A stretch of DNA of 57,078 bases, the filler included, from Sphacelaria rigidula (Eukaryota): assembly GCA_964200075.2 (NCBI GenBank). It is 4 parts of 4 records of this genome, joined end to end, with 100 filler letters (N's around TTAATTAATTAA, not from the genome) between each part and the next. Parts side by side here need not be neighbours in the genome. Positions count along the whole stretch, not along the records: positions 1 to 14,197 come from CAXNAA020002392.1; 3 more parts are not named here. One strand, given 5' to 3'. This document shows, in pieces, positions 1 through 9,638 of the stretch. Within the stretch, counting starts at the first letter, position 1. Each line of letters starts with the position of its first letter. The translations under genes were made by a program, and so were the position numbers. The notes below the pieces were generated by a model. It ran no database searches. It saw only the letters and a program-made list of their open reading frames with translations, and was not told the origin of the DNA.

Positions 1-296
1 CTGAAATTTCAGGAAGATCTCCTGCACCCAAGGAACTGATACTTCACGTGTCCAGCTGGAGATTCTCCTTTTTTTCCTGGACTTATGACATCATCTTGTT
101 TTGGCTGAAATTTCAGATGCCCATAACTTGAGTTGGAAAACCGAGTGCCACCCCCTGAAGCCTGAATGGCCACCTGCGGCACCGGATCTTCTGAGGTTAG
201 CCATATGTACTCCCTGTCTTCTTTATTATTTATTCATTTTTCGCTTGCGTAGCGCTTTGTGAGTTTTAATCTGGGTATTTTTTTATTTATTTTTGC

Positions 297-380
297 TAGC
301 CTGTGACCACGGAAGGCGTCCGCGTCAGACGCCCAGTACGAATGTACCGCACAGATATCGGAACGGTTTTTAATGTGAAG

Positions 381-413
<33 letters not shown>

Positions 414-419
414 GCAACA
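297..419 (+). mobile_element. 3' end of a non-LTR retroelement (LINE/SINE) with a (CAA)n tail
   Basis: T-rich stretch, then TGTGACCACGG ... TTTTAATGTGAAGAC followed by ~13 ACA/CAA units. The same TAATGTGAAGAC(AAC)n junction recurs at 55987-56030, and TGTGACCACGG recurs at the LINE 3' ends at ~13702 and ~26120 (-). Confidence 0.6.
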
Positions 420-2254
420 TGACTCTTCTTTTTCTTTTTCTCTTTGCTGGTCCCGTGATCTTCTGCATTTCGATCAGAAAAAGCTGCTGTCAAAATTTCA
501 GCGTCCAACTCCTGAGATCGCGCCGTGCGTCGCCTGAGCGAGATTCACACATACTCTTGGCTGGCCCAGCTCGTATCCAGATTTAGTTCATCTAGCGTCT
601 ATGGTCATGATATATTGATTTTAGTCAACTGATGCGTGCCATATCTCGAGATAGATGACGAATTAGGTGAAGGTGAGGGTATCTATCGCCTCCCCGTGCC
701 CCACGTAACGTCCACACCAGAAATCGTCGTCATCCGCTGAATGCATCGATCATGGTTTTATATAGATTCCAGTATGGACACCCCATACGTTAGGTATGGG
801 AATTACCAGACATGGGGTTTGAGCAATAAAAAAATATTAGCCCAGACTTTTGAGCAGATGGGCACCTTCCCCTTGATTAGATGATGAATACAACATGCGG
901 CTCATGGCCCAACTCGTCTGTGTCGATGAGATATTGCTTTGAGAGCGTATATCCGTTTTTGGGCTGGCCCAGCTCGTACACACGAAGTGGCGCGACGCCC
1001 CAGAGCCTAGCGGTGCCGGTCGACCAGCCACAGTAGGAGAACATTACTCGATGTTGAGGCATACTCGATTCGCGCCACTATGATACGAATCAAATTGCTT
1101 CTCCATCGTTCCGCTGGGCTGCACCTTGTTTCGTGGATCTCGCCATCGAAAGCAGAAGCTAACACACACTCTTCATAACCATGAAAAAAAACGACTCCTG
1201 CAGCAAAAATGCGGAGCGTGTCATATACTTTTGTCATATTCGTAATATCTTTCCCTCCTCGGGACGAACTCCTAGTCTCAGATATCAATTCATATCTTTC
1301 AGGGATCTACACGTTACACGTGCCACAGCGTTACACGTCACGTTCACGTTTCGTTTTGGCCGAAACGTAATGTGGACCTAACGTTAAAATTTCCAATGAA
1401 ACGTTCACGTAACCTCATTTCTATTTAACGTGACATTCGTAACGTAACGTGAACGCTTTATTGCCCAAACGTTGAAATCACGTAATATGAAACGGCTCAT
1501 GTGACGTGTAACGTCTATTACACGTTACATTAGACGTTGCACGTTACACGTTACGCGTAATGTTATATGTTATATGTTATGTGACACGTTACATGAAACG
1601 TCCTGAACACGTCACATGCAGTGGTGAAACTTCAAGTTTGCAATGAATTTTGAAATCCTGGAAGATGGTGCTTCAATAAACACGAATAAGTTTGAATGAC
1701 TATGGTATAGGTGAGGTACTATTGCAGAAATTTCGCGCTCTCCCCACCATACGTCACACTCATGACATACATCACAATAGTCTCGACCACATTCAAGGCT
1801 ACTTACGATGTATAAAAAACACGTCGTCAGAAAAGCCGTTTCTCAACAGCGCGATTTTCCACATAATGTTTCAAAGTAGCCTTTCCAATGTATTAGACGC
1901 GCTGTCAAAATTGAAAACGCAGTGCTGATCGTTTTCTATGAGGTGTGCAGGCATAATTTCAATTTCAAGGGCGCGCGAGATAGGCGCAGCACTCTGCTGT
2001 CGTGTCGTGGTGTAAGGTCCGTACTGACTTTCTGTACTACTGTTGTGATGCATTGCCTGAGCAATACATGGTGGGCTGCGTGACGCGAGACGATCGATAC
2101 GAACACCGCCTTGCTGTACTAATGACCGACTTTAGAATTCAGTGACAGTTGTGCTTTCTCACTGTACGGTAGTTGTTGACTGAAAGCAAAAGCACGGGCA
2201 AGAGTACACACAGCAGTACTGCATTGTATGCAGTGGCTGTAAACTTTTTCGTGA

Positions 2255-2530
2255 GATGGAGAGTAGAGCGCTGATTGGGAGTGGCTTTATTCATTCGCTT
2301 CAACTTAGCCAAATAATAATTCCGTGTGCGCTTCTTCTCTCCTCGATCACTGGCGTGCACTTAAAGCTACACGTCGATATCCTACTCAAGGATATCAAGG
2401 GCCTCAGTGGCAAGCTACTACAGAAAGCATATTGGGCCTCGTGGAGCGGCATTTCGGAACTGAAACGGGTAATTCACTGATCGACCGCTTTTCACTCTCA
2501 ATCGTATCGTCTACTCTCAATCTCACAAAA
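2255..2530 (+). repeat. Dispersed ~280-bp repeat, copy 1 (nested in the hAT element)
   Basis: Matches 41355-41630 in reverse orientation (e.g. CGTCGATATCCTACTCA(A/G)GGATATCAAGGGCCTCAGTGGCAAGCTACTACAGAAAG and GCATTTCGGAACTGAAACG...GACCGCTTTTCACTCTCAATCGTAT). Confidence 0.9.
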
Positions 2531-2549
2531 ACCCTATTTGCAGTGATGT

Positions 2550-3133
2550 CTTGGCTGCCATCATCGCTGCTGTCGCTGGTGCTCGTGGGCAGTCAGCGGT
2601 TTGCTTCATTGTCCTTCGCTCGCCAGAAGCGCGATGACCCTTACCCCTTACCCCCATGAGAACAAAACAGGGCAGGGACCATGACCAGTGCTGTCAGACA
2701 CTCTGTATGTAGGTTGCACAGTAATGTAGCTCACTTCAGGTCTTTGCATGCAGCGTGTTGCAAACAGCATTCGAATGCAGTACATACCCAAGCTCCCAAG
2801 CCCTGTAGACACTACAGCAGTAGCACCACTGCTTATACTCTGGTATTGTGTGTACGGTCAGTGAGGTCCTGTCTATACAAGGCTTGGGTGCGTGGGCAGT
2901 CTGTACTGCATCGCGAGTGCTGTTCGCATCACGCTGCATGCACAGATCTGAAATGCGAGCTACAATACCGTCTGTGCAAACTACAGAGTGTTTGCACAGC
3001 ACTCGTCATCGACCCTGCCCTGTGCTGTTCTCATGGGGTGAAGAGCTACCATGATACTGGGGAGCGAAGGACAATTAAGCAACACGCTGACTACCCGCGA
3101 GCACCAGCGACGGCAGTGGTGACGACAGCCAAG
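2550..3133. repeat. Long imperfect inverted repeat (fold-back), arms ~260 bp
   Basis: 2550-2812 pairs with the reverse complement of ~2868-3133, e.g. CTTGGCTG..GTCGCTGGTGCTCG(T/C)GGG(C/T)AGTCAGCG..TTGTCCTTCGCTC, CCCCATGAGAACA..ACAGGGCAGGG, TGCATGCAGCGTG, CCCAAGCC(C/T)TGTA. Confidence 0.88.
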
Positions 3134-4281
3134 CCACCCATGGCTGCTGTTGTGGGCTGGAGGGTGTGTTGGCGTGCGGTGGAATTTCAAACGCGTTTTC
3201 TGATCACATAAGAAGTGGGTTATCAGAACACTCGTTTTCCTTGAGTTTTTTAATACATGATAACTTGTCGACAGGTCACCGTCAGCGTCACGTACACGGT
3301 AACATCACGCGTCAAACGACACGTTACAACGCCTTAAACACTAGTGAATGAGCCGCGACATGCACAGAATGAAACGTTACATTCGAACGCTTCACGTGTC
3401 AACGTAACGTTATATTAGACGTCACACGTGACATTGACACGTTTCATATTACGTTACATGTAACGAAACGTAACATTAATTTTTTCATATGAAACGTTAA
3501 TGTAACGTTCGGATTAATTTAACGTGACATAAGGAAAGTAAAGTGATCGTTATATATTTTTTACGTGATGAACGTAACGTGAACGTGAACGTTTGACGTG
3601 TAGACCCCTGATATCTTTCCCGGTGCCCACCTTGCTATCCATTGTCGAGAATTGGATGATGACCTTTCGCACTTCCGAAGCCTGTCTACTCTAATATTGT
3701 ATTTTGGGCTCACGTCGTATCTCCACGACAAGATCCAGTGAAATGAACCGTCCTGTCAGCAGTAGAACCCATACCTGCACCTACACTGGTCGATCATGTA
3801 CCTTTCGACCATCTGGGCGCCGCGGCATGTTTTTTCGTCCTATAAATTGCCTCCACCTGTTCGCGCAACCACTCCCCATCCTTCGTTTCAAGGGTAACAA
3901 TACTTCGGGATAAGCGGACAATTTCGAGTCACTGAGCCGCCGAAAAACATGCCTCGCTGATAATTAACTCGAGGTTTTCCCTCGCCCAGTACTATTCCCC
4001 AAATCTCATCTCAAATCTCTGTCACTGTACGGAGAAAGTCTTCCAATCGAACTTGATATTGAGTGTCATACCGACGGTTCGACTTACCCTACACAGTAGT
4101 ACTCAAGACCGGTTTGATAATTAGGTCCTACTCACCATTCATCGTACGTTTTAGCATTAATCGTGGGGTAGATTACGTTGACATGGTCTACTGTGGGGAA
4201 ATGGAACGATGCAGCTCGCTTTCGCGACCAGGAATATCATACACCCACAGATCTCAAGGTGCCCATCTGTACACGACTTGC

Positions 4282-7200
4282 CTCTGACAGAGCGCCGCTT
4301 GTAGTCGCGAGGCCATTCACTTCCCCTCGTCGTGACTCGTCGGTGCAGTTGTTGATCGCCACTGAAATGTTCAAAAATATCTGAGTCATTCCATGAAGTG
4401 GGACAGGAGAGAGGCAGAGCATTCAGTGAGATATAGTAGGTAGTCCTGTGTAGTGTGTCGACTTCCAAATGCATTCGAGTACGGTACAGAATTACACGGA
4501 AGCATACTGCAGGAATAGCCATGGAGACTTTGCGTATATGACAAAGGTCTGGATACAGCGAGCAGGCCGACACGAAATGTTTTGATAAAACAATTTTCAT
4601 GCCCAAGTGAGCACCAGTACGTGGCAGCAAATTTGTGGCACCGACGACATTGCGAAGGAAGGTCACTACACACACTCACCCAGCGCGCAGGGGACAACAC
4701 GACTACCACAGCTTTCAATAAAGCAATTCGACACAAAATTCTCACACTTGGGTGACGCAATACGACGTACGACACGGGTAAACACCTCAGTCGCGGTGCC
4801 GCACCCACACCAACGGATGGGGTCGAGTTACGCGGGTACCACTGTCGACGACAAATCGGGACGGGTTACCGCCAACAGACTAACTAGGCCCTGCTGACGG
4901 CCGAACGCCTCCAGAACACTCACCGCATTGAGACACGCGTTGTTCGAGAACAAAACCACGAAAGTGGCCCAGTACAATAAAGAACCGGCGCTAGAGAGAC
5001 GGGAGAGGAAGGGGATGGCGAGACAGCTTAGTGCTGAGCAAAGTGACGCCAAGCGTTGCGAAGTCGTGATTCCTATGCGCTTGGTGAGGAAAGGAATGAC
5101 GATCGCCTCGAAAATGAGTATACTCACTCCACAAGGGAGAAACACCTGTTGGAAGGGAAGAGGGGTATCAGGGACGCGATGGGATATTGGGAGTAAATCA
5201 TTACTGTCACTGTCACGGGGGGGTGGGGAACGAGCACAAGCCGTCGTCTACCGGCAAGCTCGAAAAAACACCCCCGTGTTGGATAGTATGCCATTGTCAA
5301 CGTGCTCGACCTTCAGGGGGACTTTTCCAGGCTGCTATCAATTTTTTTTCAGGAGGCGGTGTCTTGCTGTATGCTGTACACAACACTGTGGATAACGTGC
5401 GGTTGAACGTGCGGTTGTGAAACTAGATGTCATGGCTCAAACATAACTCGGACGTCACGTCTCCGCTTCGAATGAATGGCCGCCGCTCTCGGTTGCAGTT
5501 CACGACAGTAGCCCAGTTCCACAAAACAAGCCAACATTTGCGGAATATCTTTCAAAAGAGGCGATTGTGAAGAGACAGCACTCTGATCAGTACGTGAATC
5601 GGAGCTATTTCGAATAATTACGGTAGTAGTACCTCTTCATTGGGGCACTGCTTCAAAACCCGCGAAGCCACCCATATCCAGCACGTGTTCGTTGGTGTCT
5701 CCGCTCGATACGCATTGAAAGTCCTCGCGGCCATTCCGGGACCTGACTTACTCCACTAGTGGAACGAACCGAAAATCGGTTGCAACGCGAAGAAATTGGT
5801 ATGTACAAATGCCATGCACCACTCTCGAAGAAGCGTACCTCTCCGAGGTCCTTGGTCGACCAATCTAAGCCTCCCCTCTCCACACTGCTCAGAGCCCAAA
5901 GCGGGAATACCTCCCCAAACCCAGCGAATACGACCTACATCACGGAGGATCGAACAGGGGAATTCCGGCAATAACGATGGATGTGGGACGATGCCGTTTA
6001 GGAGGACGGGGGAACTGAATCACAAGGAGGAAGCGAGACGCGATGCCGGCTCCAGAATGTACCCGTAGAGATTACGTCCACCACAAAAGGATTCCTTCGA
6101 TCGATGTTCCGATCTGTAACGGTACGGTTTGCAGTGTTGGGTTGTGTGTGGACATGTTTCGTAAAGTGCAATGCGTTCGTCTTCTCAGCGAATTTCAAGG
6201 GACTAGTGCGGCGGCAGTGGGAATACGGCCAACGTCGATCAAATCTTGGTGAGAATTCAGCCGTCGCATATCCGATCAAATAACCCTCTTGCCGCATGTC
6301 GCGAAAGTATCTAGCACACGTACCTAGCACAGTTCACCCAGTGATACGAAAGCCTTGATGTGCTCCGTGCGGACTTCACACATAAATATGAATCCCACGA
6401 CACTTTGCGAATGGTTTGCGCGTCGTTTTCGGCTCGAGGGCCATCCTTGGTAACGGCCGAAGTACGAAAAACCCTGGCTCCCGTCATCAAAGCATAACCC
6501 TGAAATGTCTGCTCACGTCGCCACCGTTCCGCATTTCGTGGAAAAATCGAGCACACGTACCCAGCACAATGTGTCTCTAGCTACGACAGCACGGGGGCGC
6601 CCTGGATTTTCCTAGGGGCGCAGAGCAGACGACCGTAGATCTTACAGCGTCTTGTTATGTGAGGAGCGGGGGATTTTCGCTTCCCGAAATTCCGGTACCT
6701 CCGCCGCCTCTAAAAACGGCCTCTGAGTGCCGTCTTTGGCTGCGGTGGAAATACGAGCGTTTTTCGATTTTGATTTGATTTGAAAACGCCGTTGGAATAT
6801 GTTCATACAGTAGTCCTGTTTCCTGGGTCGCGCTGAAAACTTTGAGCGCGCGTGACAAATATGATTTATCCATTGGCGCGAGAGCCTTTGGGCTGTGCAT
6901 GGTGTTATCGTGGCGTGGCTAGATACACCATGTATATCTCATGTGCAGGTTTGAAATAAATACAGTTGAGCATAAGTGGTGCTCACGATTGAACAGATGG
7001 CAAAACTTCGGTGAGCAAAACGATAGAGCCTACCAATTCTGATCGGTTCTCTGAGTTGTGGCCATCTCCTTGACATATCGGGGTAAAATGTACGAACGTG
7101 GGCGGTACCCCGAGATTACAGGGGATCATGTGCATGCTCGCGGAGTGTTCTCGGTATCCAGAATTCCGGGAATGTGCTGCCGTTTCGAGTGACCGCAAGC

Positions 7201-9638
7201 AAACTCAAGAGATCACATGGTCCCTCTCCGTTGACAACTTTGCATTTGGGCGCATGGCGACGTGGTAGTGAGAGTGCGTTGCCTCTGGTGTGTAGTGATG
7301 AGCTTGCTGCTGATATCGATGTGTACCCTCATAAGTATATCAACGCCCGTGTTCGCTGCCTGCGTTCGAAAGACCTCCATCCAAGCCTAAAAATGGCCGG
7401 TCCATCTCACCGAGTAAAGGGCATACGCGCCTACGACGGTCCGGACGTTGGCCTTCGACAGCAAGCTTTCGCTGCTGAACATCTCCACGTTACGTATAGC
7501 ACAGCAGCGGTAGTCAACCGATCTTCCGTCATCCTCCGTAGATGGCGCCCGTTCACGCGGTTGATTAGTCCCGTCCTCGCTCGGTGATTGAGGTACCGGT
7601 GACGGGATGTTCAATCCCGCGGCAGCAAAGTCAACGGATCCTCCCGGTGTTTTGGTGGGGGTGTCGAAACCCTTCCGGACCATGCTCGGGGATGGGTAGA
7701 ATATTCGACCAGGTGTGAAGAATTGGTTGCGCGACCTGCTGGGGGTACGATGAGGTGTTTGAAGACTCATGTCGGACTTGCTAGCATCCCGTCGCGAGGA
7801 CTCCATATCCGTGTCCCCTTTGAGAAGTTCGTGCCTAGTTCAAAGATCGGAACGACACGCAACACGCGGGACGAACTGTTTTTGATAGCAGTTAGGTGTG
7901 CACGAACAGTCGCGGCGAAGGCACAGGTTATATCGCAGCGGACTACGAACTGGGCCAGCCTTCAACAGATTCAGGCTCCCACAGGCATATTTCATCGACG
8001 CATGCGAACTGGGTCGTGATCCGCAATCCGCTTTCACGTACCTATAGCTACGCCGTACAACAGCCTCATGCCGCCCAAGGGAGAAATGTGTCATCGGCAC
8101 AGTGATGACCGCCAATCCCGCTCCGACCAAGTTGGGGAGCAAATACGGGAACCTGAGGAACAGGTCAGTGATCGTACCAAGTTGCACGATCAGGTGTTGG
8201 TTAGACCCATCACTGACCAAGCAGCGCATAAAGGTACGATTCGTCGGTGATCAATTTGAGGTACAGTTAGTCTTGACACAGCAGGCAGGAGCCGAAGCAC
8301 GAAGCAGAGAAAAGGGTGACAGACCCAATGGGCTAATGTGACTGCCCTAATATCACCTTCCGAAGAGCCCAGTTCGGGAGAAAGTCTCGGGGAAGAATGT
8401 CGCCGGCTCCGCGAGGAAGCCCCCCACACCAGGACCAATACTCAGCCCGAGTGACCAAGAAGCTGTTGGTAGAAAGCACACGCGTACAACTTGGGTCAAC
8501 ACAGCTTCGCCTACGGGCCGCAGCGGCTTTGTACATTCATACGCAAATTCTATTCATTGCATGTAGAATGATACACGACAGGCTTAATGGTACACCCTTC
8601 CTCTCGACTCACTGGCAATGAGACCCATGCCTACGAGCTCGTGCTCTTCCCCGCACACGTCAGAAACCAGTGACTTCCCAGCCACCGTCTGCCCCGTACA
8701 CACGCCGGCGATGAACCTAGGGCAGCAACAGCACGTAGCACATGGAGCTCTGGTGGTTCAACAGGGGACTTGTTTTGGGACCTTGTATTCATTCTGCACT
8801 CATCACACAAACGCTGAGTTGTTCGCGTTGGGGTCATAGTGCGCCAGTATATCGCTCTCGAAAAGGTCGATTGAGTTCCCTGTGGATACCGGTGCGCTAA
8901 ATGATCGCTTGCACTGTACGAGTGCAGAGAACCGGATGCAGTTCACTCTGCTGCATGAGGGCAAAGGTGCCCCTGATCAACGATATTGCTACCACTCCAC
9001 GTTCTCCAACCAACGCCGTTGCTTTTCACACTATCGCACTGCGTACAGCTACATACACGTAAAAACAATTATACAAAAGCATGGTACTTGCCAAACAAAA
9101 CTGCCATATAAAACAAGTCATCAACTTGTTTTTAGGCACAAGGAGGCTTTGGTCAAAGTTGACGAACCTAGCACACCGAGGCTGACGAGGTGAACCTCAT
9201 GTTGTGATTCAAACCAAAGATCCGGCTGACAGCTCGAAGGCTACACGTTTGCTGACTCGGTCTATAAATCGAGGAACAGTCGGGTCATTTTGTTGTCTCC
9301 TTCTCACCAGTAGATGGATTGATCGTGTGTGACCCATTGAATCGTTGGACTAGCCATGTTTCGTCTCCGACGAAGGTTCCGCTCTGTCTCGCTATACCTT
9401 GTCCATTGCATTTGATACAGTCGTAGTGGTGTATGACGAGCAAACGTCCCTCACCGGCTGGTAAATGCCATTACGAACGTCATCGAAAACCCGAAGGCAA
9501 TCGAACTAATCGCGATGGCAAACATGCTGATGTACGTGACCAGAAGATAGCCGTAGCGGTCCCCGACTATCCCCCAAAGGAATGCGCTCGAGATGCGGCC
9601 AAACGCAAACGATGAAGCCAGCATTCCCGCGTAGTATC
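4282..9638 (-). CDS. Major facilitator superfamily transporter, ZIF1/ZIFL (zinc-induced facilitator)-like; partial multi-exon model
   Basis: Phase-consistent exons: 9638-9455 (GYYAGMLASSFAFGRISSAFLWGIVGDRYG, MFS motif A), 8716-8613 (RFIAGVCTGQTVAGKSLVSDVC), 8462-8357 (WSLGLSIGPGVGGFLAEP), 8152-8042 (RFPYLLPNL), 7834-7411 (central loop), 5934-5839 (EVFPLWALSSVERGGLDWSTKDLGE), 5145-4924, 4380-4282 (INNCTDESRRGEVNGLA). Introns are GT-AG. First exon(s) and last TM exons were not located. Confidence 0.88.

Larger units (their letters stand above)
1300..3610. mobile_element. Non-autonomous hAT-superfamily DNA transposon, complete, with TIRs and 8-bp TSD
   Basis: Left end CAGGGATCTACACGT (1300); right end, reverse-complemented, CAGGGGTCTACACGT (3610). 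Identical 8-bp flanks ATATCTTT at 1292-1299 and 3611-3618. ~330-bp subterminal arrays of ACGT-core motifs at both ends. No transposase ORF inside. Confidence 0.92.

Noticed and set aside
296..508. ORFs with poly-Val or poly-Cys runs (also 55864-56134)
   Set aside because: They are translations of the (CAA)n microsatellite tails.
420..1291. Degenerate reverse-transcriptase coding sequence interrupted by the hAT insertion
   Set aside because: No RT or endonuclease motif could be read in the frames I examined on either side of the insertion.
6280..6570. Short direct repeats (AGCACACGTACC[T/C]AGCACA; also the 17-bp duplications at ~24378/24414 and ~51725/51743)
   Set aside because: Local intronic or intergenic duplications with no element structure between them.
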